A stretch of 64,000 bases of DNA, taken from Anaerovoracaceae bacterium. Lineage in GTDB: Bacteria > Bacillota > Clostridia > Peptostreptococcales > Anaerovoracaceae. This document shows, piece by piece, positions 26,206 to 36,977 of this stretch. Position 1 is the first letter of the stretch; each line of letters opens with the position of its first letter. A program made the translations under genes and the position numbers. The notes beneath the pieces are model-generated. The model had not been told where the DNA came from. It saw only the letters and a program-made list of their open reading frames with translations, and made no database searches. The stretch is from contig JAXGRD010000005.1 in NCBI GenBank assembly GCA_040766105.1, positions 138,178 to 202,177 on the forward strand, read 5' to 3'.

Positions 26206-29200
26206 AAGATTGGAAATACACGGGTTCAAGTCGTTTGCAGAGCCTGTTATCATAGAGTTTCATAAAGGTGTCACCTGTGTCGTTGGCCCCAATGGCAGCG
26301 GAAAGAGCAATGTCTGCGATGCCATTCGGTGGGTTTTAGGCGCCCAAAGTGCAAAGATGCTTCGGGGGGACAAGATGGAAGATGTCATCTTCTCGGGAAC
26401 CACCAACAGGAAGTCCAGAGGAATGGCGGAAGTGACCTTGGTCATCGACAATTCCACGGGAATTCTTCCCATTGCTTACAACGAGGTTGCCATTACCAGG
26501 CGAATGTATCGGTCGGGAGAAAGCGAATACCTGATCAACAACAATCCCTGCCGCATGCGGGATATCCGTGAACTCATTATGGACACGGGCATCGGCGTGG
26601 AAGGCTATTCCATCATCGGCCAGGGAAAGATATCGGACATCATCAGCAACAATACGGAAAGTATTCGGGAGATTCTGGAAGAGACTGCCGGCATTGTCAT
26701 GTACAGGAGCAAAAAAGCGGAGGCGGAGCGAAAGTTGTCTGCTGCCACTTCCAATGTGGAGCGCGTCAACGATATCATCGGAGAAATCGAAGGGCGAATC
26801 GACGGTCTTCGAGAGGACAGTGTGAAGGCTACGGAATATCTGGAGCTGAAGGATCGTCACCGAGAGTTGGAAATAAACATTACGTTGAAGAACGTGGAGT
26901 CCATCGAGCTGAAAAGCGAGTACATCAAGGATGACATGACCCAACTGAAACAGGAGATGGAAGAGAAGAAATCCGAAAAGGATCTGCTGATGAAATCCCT
27001 TTCCGAAGGAAATGAGAAGAGAGAAGAGCTGGACCGTCTTATGGAAGAGGCGACAGCCAAGCACTTGGCTGCGGTGGAAGCGGTCAACTCACTGGTCAAC
27101 CAAGGAGAAGTGAGCAACGAGAGACTGACGGCCATCACCGCCAACCGGGAGCGATTGGAACAGGAAATCACCGCATTGGCGGAGAAGATAGAGGGGGAAG
27201 AAAACAGTGCGCAAGAGCTCTTCTCAAGAAAAGAAGAAATCGACCAACAGCTTGCGGAAAAGGAAGCTGCTTTAACCGAGAAAATCGGAGAGCATGAAGC
27301 CCTCGAGGGTGCTCTTGAACAAAAGACGAGGGAGCTGGATGAAAAGAAGAACCGCATCTTCTCCATAAACACCGATATCAACGGCAAGACCATGGAAATC
27401 AACAGCCTGACCAATCTCAAGGAGACACTGGAAAAGAGAGAGGCTGCCCTTCTTGCGGAAAGAGGAGAAGGGGACACCAGTTTTGATGAGCAGAAACAGG
27501 CTTTGGCAGATGCTGAAGAGGGACACAGGGTTTCTGTGAAATCTCTTGGGGAAAATCGAAAGTTGCGGGAGAAGCATTCCCATCGCAGAGAAGAAATCCG
27601 ACATGAAGAGAGTCGGCTCCAGAAGGAAATCGAAGCGCTGAACATTGAGATGGGACAAATCTCGTCCAGGCGGAAGACCTTCGAGGAAATGGAGAATAAC
27701 TACGAGGGATACAACAGCGGCGTGAAGTTTATCATGTCGGAAGGCATAAAGGGCATCAACGGTGTGGTGGCCGAGCTGATAAAGGTACCGGCAGGGTATG
27801 AAACAGCCGTAGAAACTGCACTGGGTGCCACCATGCAGAACATTATCTGTGAGGATGATGCCGCCGCAAAGGAAGCCATTGGGAGGCTCAAGGACAGGAA
27901 GGGTGGTCGTTTGACATTTTTGCCCCTGAAATCCTTAAAGGCAAGAGATCCTCTCCGTCATAAGGGAATCGAAACAGTGGCCGGCTTCATGGGTTATGCT
28001 ACGGAAACCGTGGGATACGACAAGAAGTATCAGGTGGCAATGGATTATCTTCTCGGAAACATCGTCATCATGGAGACCATGGACCAAGCCATAGCCCTAT
28101 CCAAAAGGCTTTCCGGGGGCTTTAAAATAGTTACCTTGGAGGGAGAAATCATCAATGCCGGCGGAGCCATTACCGGTGGAAAATACCGGAACAAATCGGC
28201 AAATATCCTAGATAGAAGGGTGGAAATGGAGAGCCTGGGCAAAGCCCTGGAGGAAAAGAGCCTCATCCTGGAAAAAAAGAAGCAGGAGCTGACAGACTTT
28301 AGAGAAGAACTACGGGAAACGGAACACGCCATCAGCCTCACGGAAGATGATTTGCGAGAGTCAGAGCGACTTGTTATGGCGAAGGAAAACGAAATCAATA
28401 TACTCCAAACGTCCCTTTCTGCCTTGGAGACCGGTAGCGAGAAGAGAGACAAGGAGCTGGAACACATACAAAGGGAACAGGCAGAGTCTGACGAAGGGGT
28501 GGAAAAACTCCGCTTAGAAGTGGAAAAGGCAAGGTCCGACTTGGCTGTCTTGGAGAAGGAACTGGAAGAGGGTTCCCAAGTTTTCAATGAAGAGAAAAAG
28601 ATTGCAGAGGACTTTGAGGATCTATTGACAGAAGAAAGAATTGCTTTGCAAGAAGAAGTGGGCGAACAGAAAAAAATCGATGCCCTCGTGGACAAAATCA
28701 AAGAGAGCATTGAGGGCTTCCAAAGGGAGAAACAACGGAAGGAAGAGGACTTGGCGGCCCAGTTGACTGAGGGAGAAGAAATCCGCAACAGCCACAAAAG
28801 CAACGAGGAACGCATCGAAGAGAAGGAAAGAGTCAGGGATCATCTGCAGGGATATTTGGGAGAACTGCGAGAGGATAAGGGTCGCATTGCCGCATCTTTG
28901 GACGAAGAAAATGCCCAAAGGGATACGATAGAAGAGCAACTGACAAACTTGCAGAACAGCTTTGTGGAATTGGAAATCAAGAAGGCGAGAGGGGAAACCC
29001 AGCTGGAGAATGCCCGCAACAAGTTATGGGAAGAGTTTGAACTGTCCTATATTCAGGCAATGGACTTTAAGAAAAAAGACTTTTCTCTTTCTTCGGCGAT
29101 AAAGGAAAACAGGGACATTAAGTCCAGAATAAAGGAGCTGGGGGAAGTGAACGTGGGGGCCATCAAGGAATACGCCACCGTCAGCGAACGGTATGAATTC

Positions 29201-29743
29201 CTGACTGGACAGCGAAATGACATTATCACGTCCATGGACGAATTGAAAAGACTCATCGACCAGATGGACAGAACCATTCGAAGCAAGTTCAAGGAGAGTT
29301 TCGACCAGGTGGTGGACAACTTTGAGAAGGTCTTTCAGGAGCTATACGGCGGTGGGGAGGCGAAGATTACCCTCTCGGATGAAAGCAACCCCTTCGATTC
29401 GGAAATCGAAATCATTGCACAGCCTCCGGGCAAGCAGTTGAAACACATCAACCTTCTTTCCGGAGGGGAGAAGACCATGACGGCCATTGCCCTCATGTTT
29501 GCCGTTTTGAAAACGAAGCCGACACCTTGCTGTATTTTAGACGAGGTGGAAGCCGCCTTGGACGACAGCAATCTGAATATCTTCGGAGAGTATTTAAGAA
29601 ACTTTGACGGGGTGCAATTTACACTGATCACCCACCAGAAGGCCACCATGGAACACGCAGATGTCATGTACGGCATCACCATGCCGGAAAGTGGCGTATC
29701 CAAGGTGTATTCCTTGAGAATGGGTGATGCACCGTTGATGTAG
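26195..29743 (+). CDS. smc: chromosome segregation protein SMC
   Basis: 1182 aa. N-terminal GPNGSGKSN, long coiled coils, a hinge and C-terminal LSGGEK...LDEVEAALD. The stop codon is TAG. Confidence 0.95.
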   Translation: MYFKRLEIHGFKSFAEPVIIEFHKGVTCVVGPNGSGKSNVCDAIRWVLGAQSAKMLRGDKMEDVIFSGTTNRKSRGMAEVTLVIDNSTGILPIAYNEVAITRRMYRSGESEYLINNNPCRMRDIRELIMDTGIGVEGYSIIGQGKISDIISNNTESIREILEETAGIVMYRSKKAEAERKLSAATSNVERVNDIIGEIEGRIDGLREDSVKATEYLELKDRHRELEINITLKNVESIELKSEYIKDDMTQLKQEMEEKKSEKDLLMKSLSEGNEKREELDRLMEEATAKHLAAVEAVNSLVNQGEVSNERLTAITANRERLEQEITALAEKIEGEENSAQELFSRKEEIDQQLAEKEAALTEKIGEHEALEGALEQKTRELDEKKNRIFSINTDINGKTMEINSLTNLKETLEKREAALLAERGEGDTSFDEQKQALADAEEGHRVSVKSLGENRKLREKHSHRREEIRHEESRLQKEIEALNIEMGQISSRRKTFEEMENNYEGYNSGVKFIMSEGIKGINGVVAELIKVPAGYETAVETALGATMQNIICEDDAAAKEAIGRLKDRKGGRLTFLPLKSLKARDPLRHKGIETVAGFMGYATETVGYDKKYQVAMDYLLGNIVIMETMDQAIALSKRLSGGFKIVTLEGEIINAGGAITGGKYRNKSANILDRRVEMESLGKALEEKSLILEKKKQELTDFREELRETEHAISLTEDDLRESERLVMAKENEINILQTSLSALETGSEKRDKELEHIQREQAESDEGVEKLRLEVEKARSDLAVLEKELEEGSQVFNEEKKIAEDFEDLLTEERIALQEEVGEQKKIDALVDKIKESIEGFQREKQRKEEDLAAQLTEGEEIRNSHKSNEERIEEKERVRDHLQGYLGELREDKGRIAASLDEENAQRDTIEEQLTNLQNSFVELEIKKARGETQLENARNKLWEEFELSYIQAMDFKKKDFSLSSAIKENRDIKSRIKELGEVNVGAIKEYATVSERYEFLTGQRNDIITSMDELKRLIDQMDRTIRSKFKESFDQVVDNFEKVFQELYGGGEAKITLSDESNPFDSEIEIIAQPPGKQLKHINLLSGGEKTMTAIALMFAVLKTKPTPCCILDEVEAALDDSNLNIFGEYLRNFDGVQFTLITHQKATMEHADVMYGITMPESGVSKVYSLRMGDAPLM

Positions 29744-29755
29744 GGAGGAAAAGAG

Positions 29756-30658
29756 ATGGTAATGGACAAGAAGATAAAGAAATCCTTCTTTGGACGGATG
29801 TCGGAGCGGCTCAATGAAGCCATCCGGGGGAAAAACGAGGTAGACGACGACCTGTTGGATGAACTGGAAGAAATTCTCATCACCTCGGACATCGGCATGG
29901 AAACCACCATGCACATCATGGACAGGATTCGTGGAATTATTGAAAATGAAAATATTACAACTGCCAAAAGCGTGACCACCATCATGCAAAAGATCATGAC
30001 CAACCTGGTGGATAAGGGCGATGCATTGAAGCTGAGCAGTGAGACACCTTTGGTCATTTTAATGATTGGCATCAACGGTGGTGGGAAGACCACCTCCATC
30101 GGAAAAATTGGCCACAAATGCATCTTGGAAGGGAAGAGCGTTCTTCTTGCCGCCGCCGACACCTTCCGTGCCGCTGCCGGAGAGCAGCTGGCTATTTGGG
30201 GGGACCGAATCGGTGCCCAAGTCATTCGTCACCAAGAGGGGGCAGACCCCTCGGCCGTCATATTCGACGCCATTGCCGCTGCAAAGGCGAGGGGAATTGA
30301 TGTACTCATCTGTGATACGGCGGGCAGGCTACAGACAAAGAAAAACCTCATGACGGAGTTGGAAAAGATGAATAAGGTCATCGACAGGGAGTGGCCGGAG
30401 GCGGCTCGAGAAACCCTCCTTGTCTTAGATGCCACCACGGGAAAAAACGCCGTTTCTCAGGCAAAGGAGTTTGGTGATGTAACCAACCTGAGCGGCATCG
30501 TTTTAACAAAGTTGGACGGAACGGCAAAGGGCGGCATCGCCATTACCATTGCCGATGAATTCGACATGCCCATTAAGTATGTGGGCGTGGGCGAAGGGAT
30601 GGACGACCTGAAAGAGTTCATTCCCCAGGAGTTCATAGGAGGAATATTTGATGAGTAA
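29756..30658 (+). CDS. ftsY: signal recognition particle receptor FtsY
   Basis: GINGGGKTTSIGK, DTAGR and TKLDG motifs. Confidence 0.9.
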   Translation: MVMDKKIKKSFFGRMSERLNEAIRGKNEVDDDLLDELEEILITSDIGMETTMHIMDRIRGIIENENITTAKSVTTIMQKIMTNLVDKGDALKLSSETPLVILMIGINGGGKTTSIGKIGHKCILEGKSVLLAAADTFRAAAGEQLAIWGDRIGAQVIRHQEGADPSAVIFDAIAAAKARGIDVLICDTAGRLQTKKNLMTELEKMNKVIDREWPEAARETLLVLDATTGKNAVSQAKEFGDVTNLSGIVLTKLDGTAKGGIAITIADEFDMPIKYVGVGEGMDDLKEFIPQEFIGGIFDE

Positions 30659-31973
30659 ACCCATAGTAGCCGTCGTAGGACGACCCAACGTGGGAAAATC
30701 CACCCTCTTTAACAGAATTGTGGGGAAGCGGATTTCCATTGTGGACGACACCCCCGGCGTGACGCGGGACAGAATATATGCGGAAGCAGACTGGAACGGA
30801 ATATCCTTTGCCCTGATAGATACAGGGGGGATTGAACCGGATAACACGGAAATCATTCCCGCCCAAATGCGTGCCCAAGCGGAACTGGCCATGGAAACGG
30901 CAGATGTGGTTCTGTTTTTGGTGGACGGAAAGGAAGGCCTTACCACCTCCGATCGAGAAGTGGCAGAGATGCTTCGTCGGAAGGCGGAAAAGGTCGTTCT
31001 GGCAGTGAACAAGGTGGACAAGCCTCAACTTCCAGAGGACTTTTATGACTTTTACGAGTTGGGATTGGGGGAGCCGATTCCGGTTTCCGCGGCCAATATG
31101 CTCAACCTGGGAGACTTGTTGGATGCCATCATGGATGGCTTCCCACCCTTGGATGGGGAAGAAGAGGAAGAGGATATTAAGATTGCCGTCATTGGAAAGC
31201 CCAATGTGGGGAAGTCCTCCCTCATCAACGAACTGTTGGGAGAGAACCGGGTCATTGTTTCCCCCATTGCGGGAACCACCAGGGATTCCATTGACACTCC
31301 CTTTGAAAAGGATGGGGAAAAGTACGTGCTCATTGATACCGCCGGCATTCGGCGAAAGAGCAAGGTGAACATAGATATTGAGCGTTACAGTGTCATCCGT
31401 GCCGTGGCGGCCATTGAACGATGCGATGTTTGCCTCTTGGTCATCGATGCCCAGGATGGAGTGACGGAGCAGGACAAGAAGATTGCCGGAGTGGCTCATG
31501 AGGCGGGAAAGGGTATCATCGTTGTGGTGAACAAGTGGGATCTCATTGAGAAGGAAACCAACACCATGAACAATTTCAAGAAGGACATCGCCAAGGAACT
31601 GTCCTTTATGTCCTATGCCCCCAGCATTTTCATTTCCGTTCTCAACCGACAGCGGGTGCCCCAGGTTTTGGAGATGTCCAAGGTTGTGGCGGAAAAGAGG
31701 GCTCTTCGCATATCCACCGGTCAGCTGAACAGCCTTATTGCCGATGCGGTGATGATGAAGCAACCGCCTTCCGACAAGGGAAAGCGACTGAAGATATATT
31801 ACGCCACACAGGTAGGTGTGAAACCGCCTCTGTTTTCCTTTAAGATCAACGAAAGAAAGCTAATGCATTTCTCCTACTCCAGATATTTGGAAAACAAGAT
31901 TAGAGATGCCTTTGGCTTTGAAGGAACATCCATCAAGTTTGTGTTCAGAGAAAAGGGAGAAGAGGATGTATAG
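30651..31973 (+). CDS. der: ribosome biogenesis GTPase Der (EngA)
   Basis: Two G domains (GRPNVGKST and GKPNVGKSS) plus a KH-like C-terminus. ATG at 30651. The stop codon is TAG. Confidence 0.9.
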   Translation: MSKPIVAVVGRPNVGKSTLFNRIVGKRISIVDDTPGVTRDRIYAEADWNGISFALIDTGGIEPDNTEIIPAQMRAQAELAMETADVVLFLVDGKEGLTTSDREVAEMLRRKAEKVVLAVNKVDKPQLPEDFYDFYELGLGEPIPVSAANMLNLGDLLDAIMDGFPPLDGEEEEEDIKIAVIGKPNVGKSSLINELLGENRVIVSPIAGTTRDSIDTPFEKDGEKYVLIDTAGIRRKSKVNIDIERYSVIRAVAAIERCDVCLLVIDAQDGVTEQDKKIAGVAHEAGKGIIVVVNKWDLIEKETNTMNNFKKDIAKELSFMSYAPSIFISVLNRQRVPQVLEMSKVVAEKRALRISTGQLNSLIADAVMMKQPPSDKGKRLKIYYATQVGVKPPLFSFKINERKLMHFSYSRYLENKIRDAFGFEGTSIKFVFREKGEEDV

Positions 31974-32586
31974 TTACACAGGCCTCATTGATTGGGGCAC
32001 AGGGTATTGGGCCATTGTAATTGCCGCAATCATTGCATATTTGCTGGGCAACATCTCACCATCCATCCTCATCGGCAGAATGCATGGAATTGATATTCGC
32101 AAGGAAGGCAGCGGAAATGCGGGCACGACCAACGTACTTCGGGTGCTGGGAAAGAGAGCAGCCGTCGCAACCTTGGTTATCGATGTGCTCAAGGGTACGG
32201 TGGCAGTGGTGTTGGCAGGTGTTCTGCTGGGACAATTGGCTGCCATGATTTGCGTCGTTGCCGTGATGATCGGACATGTTTGGCCCGTCTTCTTCCGCTT
32301 CAAGGGCGGCAAGGGGGTGGCAACAGCCTTCGGTGCGCTGTGCGGTCTGAACCCGGCGCTGGGATTTGCCTGCCTTGGTGTGGTTGTCATCGTCGTATTG
32401 GTGACGAAGCGAATGTCTGCCGGTTCCGTGGTGGGTGCCATGCTCTTTCCGGTATTGGCATACTTTCTGGAACCGGACTTCATCCTTTTGGGGAGCCTGT
32501 TGGCGTTGATTATTTTATGGAAGCACAGGAGCAATATCGGTCGTCTCGTCAGGGGAGAAGAGCCCAAGATGAGCTTCAAAAAATAG
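31966..32586 (+). CDS. plsY: glycerol-3-phosphate acyltransferase PlsY
   Basis: GSGNAGTTNVLR and FKGGKGVAT motifs. The ATG at 31966 overlaps the der stop. The stop codon is TAG. Confidence 0.9.
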   Translation: MYSYTGLIDWGTGYWAIVIAAIIAYLLGNISPSILIGRMHGIDIRKEGSGNAGTTNVLRVLGKRAAVATLVIDVLKGTVAVVLAGVLLGQLAAMICVVAVMIGHVWPVFFRFKGGKGVATAFGALCGLNPALGFACLGVVVIVVLVTKRMSAGSVVGAMLFPVLAYFLEPDFILLGSLLALIILWKHRSNIGRLVRGEEPKMSFKK

Positions 32587-32623
32587 GAGTATCACGCTGC
32601 CATAGTGCAGTGGGGAGGAAAAA

Positions 32624-33625
32624 ATGGAAATGAAGAGAGTCGGCGTCATCGGTGCGGGAAGCTGGGGAACGGCTTTGGCGGTCACCCTGTCCAATAAGGG
32701 ACATGCCGTGAAGATGTGGGATTTGGATCGTGCCCTATTGAAGAACATGACTTCCGCAAGGGAAAATGAAAAATACCTAAAGGGGATCTCCTTTGGGGAT
32801 AATTTGGATATAGTCGAGACCATGGAAGATGCCCTCGAAGGGGTTCAATTAGTGGTATTCTCTGTCCCGGCGCAGCACTTCCGCAAGGCCCTCTTGTCGG
32901 CGAAGCCCTTCTTGGGAGAGGATGTCATTGCCGTCAACGTGGCTAAGGGAATCGAGCAGAAAACCCTGCTTCGAATGTCTCAGGTGGCGGAAGAGATCAT
33001 GCCGGAATTAAAGTATGCCGTTCTTTCCGGACCTTCTCACGCGGAAGAGGTGGGCCAGGCGCTGCCTACAACGGTAGCTGTGGTTTCAAAGGATGAGACT
33101 ATCTCCCACGAAGTGCAGGACGCATTTATGACCAACCGTTTTCGCGTATATACGGGAAGCGATGTGGTGGGTGTGGAACTGGGTGGATCTTTGAAGAATA
33201 TCATCGCCCTCGGTGCGGGAATCTCGGACGGCATCGGCTTTGGAGACAATGCAAAAGCAGCCCTCATGACGAGAGGACTTGCGGAAATCACCAGGTTAGG
33301 TGTTGCCTTAGGGGCTGACCCCGCAACCTTTGCAGGTCTTACGGGAGTGGGTGACCTCATCGTGACCTGTACCAGCATGCACTCTCGAAATCGCCGCTGC
33401 GGTATTATGATAGGAGAGGGAATGCATCCCCATGAGGCAACCGAGAAGGTTGGCATGGTGGTGGAAGGCATGTTCACCACGGAGGCGGCCTATCAGTTGG
33501 CGGAAAAGGCCGGCGTGGAAATGCCCATAACGGAACAGATATACAAGGTCATTCAGGGCGAGACGAACGCAAAGGATGCGGTGGAAATACTAATGGGACG
33601 AGACAGAAAACATGAACAAGGATAA
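32624..33625 (+). CDS. gpsA: NAD(P)H-dependent glycerol-3-phosphate dehydrogenase
   Basis: GAGSWGTALA Rossmann motif, GSLKNIIALGAG. 333 aa. Confidence 0.9.
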   Translation: MEMKRVGVIGAGSWGTALAVTLSNKGHAVKMWDLDRALLKNMTSARENEKYLKGISFGDNLDIVETMEDALEGVQLVVFSVPAQHFRKALLSAKPFLGEDVIAVNVAKGIEQKTLLRMSQVAEEIMPELKYAVLSGPSHAEEVGQALPTTVAVVSKDETISHEVQDAFMTNRFRVYTGSDVVGVELGGSLKNIIALGAGISDGIGFGDNAKAALMTRGLAEITRLGVALGADPATFAGLTGVGDLIVTCTSMHSRNRRCGIMIGEGMHPHEATEKVGMVVEGMFTTEAAYQLAEKAGVEMPITEQIYKVIQGETNAKDAVEILMGRDRKHEQG

Positions 33626-34931
33626 AAAGTTTCACATACAGACATTCGGCTGCCAGATGAACGAACGAGATTCGGAGACATTGGCAGGGCTTCTTTCGGA
33701 AAAGGGATATGGAGAAACGGAAAGTAAATATGAGGCTGACATAGCCATTATCAACACATGCAGCGTAAGGGAAAATGCGGACAAGCGATTCTTCGGTACC
33801 TTGGGACAGTTAAAGAGGATCAAGAAGGAGCGACCGGACTTTGTCGTCTGTGTCTGCGGGTGCATGATGCAGCAGCAACACGTAGTGGACGAAGTAAAGC
33901 AAAAATACCCTTGGGTGGACATCGTCTTTGGCACCCACAACATCCATCAATTTCCCCAATTACTGGACGATACTCTTCTCAGGAACGAAAAGAGTATTTC
34001 CGTATGGGAAGAGGGGGGCGAAATCGTGGAGAAGATGCCCTCCAAGCGAAAGCATAAATACAAGGCATTCGTCAACATCATGTACGGCTGCAACAACTTC
34101 TGTACCTACTGCATCGTGCCCTACACCAGGGGGCGTGAGCGAAGCAGGTTGGCGGAAGAAATCAAACGAGAAATCATGGAACTGACCGCCGACGGCGTGC
34201 GAGAGGTGACATTACTGGGCCAAAATGTCAACTCCTACTACAGCGAAGGAACGGACTTCACGGGACTGATTCGCCTGCTTCACGAAATTCCCGACCTGCA
34301 GCGAATTCGCTTTATGACATCCCATCCCAAGGATCTGTCCCCGGATTTGATTGCTGCCTTTGGAGAGTTTGAGAAGCTCTGCGGCCATATTCATCTTCCT
34401 ATGCAGTCGGGAAGCGATGAAATCTTGAGACGAATGAACCGAAAGTACAGTGGACAAGATTATCTTCTTCTCGTGAAAAAACTCAGGGAAGTCAGGCCGG
34501 ATATTGCCATTACCACGGACATCATCGTGGGCTTTCCGGGAGAGACGGAAGAAGACTTTCGTGAGACACTTCGTCTATGCCAAGAGGTGGGTTTTGATTC
34601 CGCCTTTACCTTTTTGTACTCCGTACGAAAGGGAACGCCGGCGGAAAAATATGAGGATCAAATCCCCGAGGAAATCAAGCACGAAAGATTCGAAATGTTG
34701 GTGGATGTAATCAACCAATCCGCCCTGGAGAAGAACCGAAATCGTGAAGGAAAAGTGGAGCGGGTTTTGGTGGAAGGCCTCAGTAAAAAGGACAAAAATA
34801 TCTTGACGGGAAGGACGGAAGGCTTCAAAAAAATCGACTTTTCCGGGCCGGAAAATCTCATTGGAGAAATCGTTTCCGTCCGGGCTTTAGAAGGCAAAAC
34901 ATTCAGTTTATTCGGCAAATTGTGTCAATGA
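33612..34931 (+). CDS. miaB: tRNA-i6A37 methylthiotransferase
   Basis: FGCQMNERDSE (UPF0004 domain), radical-SAM CNNFCTYCIVP and a TRAM C-terminus. Confidence 0.85.
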   Translation: MNKDKKFHIQTFGCQMNERDSETLAGLLSEKGYGETESKYEADIAIINTCSVRENADKRFFGTLGQLKRIKKERPDFVVCVCGCMMQQQHVVDEVKQKYPWVDIVFGTHNIHQFPQLLDDTLLRNEKSISVWEEGGEIVEKMPSKRKHKYKAFVNIMYGCNNFCTYCIVPYTRGRERSRLAEEIKREIMELTADGVREVTLLGQNVNSYYSEGTDFTGLIRLLHEIPDLQRIRFMTSHPKDLSPDLIAAFGEFEKLCGHIHLPMQSGSDEILRRMNRKYSGQDYLLLVKKLREVRPDIAITTDIIVGFPGETEEDFRETLRLCQEVGFDSAFTFLYSVRKGTPAEKYEDQIPEEIKHERFEMLVDVINQSALEKNRNREGKVERVLVEGLSKKDKNILTGRTEGFKKIDFSGPENLIGEIVSVRALEGKTFSLFGKLCQ

Positions 34932-35038
34932 CATATAATGTTGTATAAAAAATGAAACATAGGTGAAAATGCTTGTTTTAAGTATACAAGACATATATAA
35001 TGTCTGTGTATTTATTTTAACAATGTTAGGAGGGTTTA

Positions 35039-36976
35039 ATGAGCACAATATTTTTTCTTATCGGGTTCCCCTTAATTGTTGCAATCGTTCTGTTATTGCT
35101 CAAAGCGGATGTGGCCAGAGATATTATTGTGAAGATTTCTGCAGCGGTTATCGCAGCGGCTTCCATCTATCTCGTGGTACAGCATTTCAACAGCGGAGGA
35201 CAATATTTTGATGTTCCGAAAGCGGCAACTATCGGCTATGTTATGATGGCCATTGAGGTGGTTCTCGCGATTATCATCATTGTTGTCGGCGTGATGAAAA
35301 AGCAGTACCTGGCTCCCATATTTGCGTTAATCCAGACACCACTATTGATCTGGTTTGAGATGGGCACGGGACATAGCATCGAAGTGGGATACAATGTCTA
35401 TGTAGATAGGCTATCCATGATTATGGTTTTGATCATCGGAATCATAGGTTCTCTCATTTGCGTCTACGCAATCGGGTACATGAAGGACTTCCAAAAGCAC
35501 CACAAGAGTGCGCCGGATCGAAGACCTTATTTCTTCTTCCTCATGTTCGTATTTTTATCAGCTATGTTCGGCTTGGTAATGTCAAACAACCTGGTTTGGA
35601 TGTACTTCTTCTGGGAGATCACTTCCCTCTGCTCGTTCTTCCTCATCGGCTACAACGGACTTTTCCACAAGAAAGAGAACGAGGACAAGGTGGCAACGAG
35701 AAACGCTTTCAGAGCCCTCGTCATGAACTTGGCCGGAGGACTGGGATTCGTCATCGGTATCATCACCCTTGGCACCACCTACGGTACACTGGAACTAAAC
35801 ACAATGTTGACCATCGGAACCATGGGATACAGCGTCGTAATACCTGCCATCTTCTTGGCATTTGCAGGAATCACCAAGGCGGCACAGATGCCGTTCAACA
35901 GCTGGCTGTTGGGAGCCATGGTAGCGCCTACACCTACGTCGGCACTGCTTCACTCTTCCACAATGGTTAAGGCGGGTGTCTTCCTGATTATCAAACTGGC
36001 ACCGGTTCTTGGAAACAATGTTGCAGGAATTATGGTAGCGCTGGTGGGAGGAATTACCTTCCTCTTGGCATCCTTTGCTGCCATCTCTCAGAGCAACGCA
36101 AAGAAGGTGCTGGCTTACTCCACCGTTGCCAACTTGGGACTCATCGTAGCCTGCGGCGGTATCGGCTCTGCGGAAGCGGTTTGGGCAGGAATCATGCTCA
36201 TCATCTTCCATGCAGTAACCAAGTCTCTTCTCTTCCTATGCGTAGGAACGGCGGAGCATAACATCGGAAGTAGAGATATTGAGGATATGGACGGCCTGTT
36301 CAACAGAATGCCAAGGCTTGCCAGCTTCATGCTCATAGGAATTGCAGGAATGTTCCTGGCACCCTTCGGCATGCTCATATCCAAGTGGGCGACCATGGTT
36401 GCCTTTGTGGATTCGGGCAATGTCATCTTGGTGGTGATTATCTGCTTCGGTAGTGCGGCGACAGCCTTCTACTGGACCAAATGGATGGGCAAGCTTTCTG
36501 CCATTATGGCGGGAAGAGAGGATATTCAAAAGAATGTTCATCGTGAAGAAACCGTAGTGCATATGATTTTGTCAGTGTTGACTGTAATCGTATGTCTGGG
36601 CTTCCCCTTCATCTCTAAGGCTATGGTCATCCCCTATCTGTCCGATACCTACGGAACAGTGGAAACCATGGCACTGTCTGAGAACAACATGATTATCATG
36701 GTTATCATGATAGCTGTACTGATTTTGCTCTTTGCATTCCTCTTCGGAAGAACTACAAAGAAAATCGTCCCCATCTACATGGCAGGTGTCAACACCGGCG
36801 ACGACTTGACCTTCATCAACTCCATGGAAGGCAAGACGGAAGTTTCCCTGAGAAACTGGTATATGGAAGGCTATTTCGGAGAGTTTAAGATGAATGTCAT
36901 CGGCGTGATTACCACGGGCATCGTAATTGTCGTTGCCATTGGAATGGTTGCCGGTGCAATGCTGGGAGGTATGTAA
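35039..36976 (+). CDS. echA: Ech-type hydrogenase membrane subunit A (NuoL/antiporter-like)
   Basis: 645-aa polytopic protein with the Mrp/NuoL-like core (AAQMPFNSWLLGAMVAPTPTSALLHSSTMVKAG). First gene of a six-gene group-4 hydrogenase set. Confidence 0.8.
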   Translation: MSTIFFLIGFPLIVAIVLLLLKADVARDIIVKISAAVIAAASIYLVVQHFNSGGQYFDVPKAATIGYVMMAIEVVLAIIIIVVGVMKKQYLAPIFALIQTPLLIWFEMGTGHSIEVGYNVYVDRLSMIMVLIIGIIGSLICVYAIGYMKDFQKHHKSAPDRRPYFFFLMFVFLSAMFGLVMSNNLVWMYFFWEITSLCSFFLIGYNGLFHKKENEDKVATRNAFRALVMNLAGGLGFVIGIITLGTTYGTLELNTMLTIGTMGYSVVIPAIFLAFAGITKAAQMPFNSWLLGAMVAPTPTSALLHSSTMVKAGVFLIIKLAPVLGNNVAGIMVALVGGITFLLASFAAISQSNAKKVLAYSTVANLGLIVACGGIGSAEAVWAGIMLIIFHAVTKSLLFLCVGTAEHNIGSRDIEDMDGLFNRMPRLASFMLIGIAGMFLAPFGMLISKWATMVAFVDSGNVILVVIICFGSAATAFYWTKWMGKLSAIMAGREDIQKNVHREETVVHMILSVLTVIVCLGFPFISKAMVIPYLSDTYGTVETMALSENNMIIMVIMIAVLILLFAFLFGRTTKKIVPIYMAGVNTGDDLTFINSMEGKTEVSLRNWYMEGYFGEFKMNVIGVITTGIVIVVAIGMVAGAMLGGM

Positions 36977-36977
36977 A

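Noticed and set aside
34963-35211. 82-aa ORF overlapping the echA start.
   Set aside because: It is out of frame with echA, has no RBS, and is explained by the AT-rich promoter region plus the echA 5' end.
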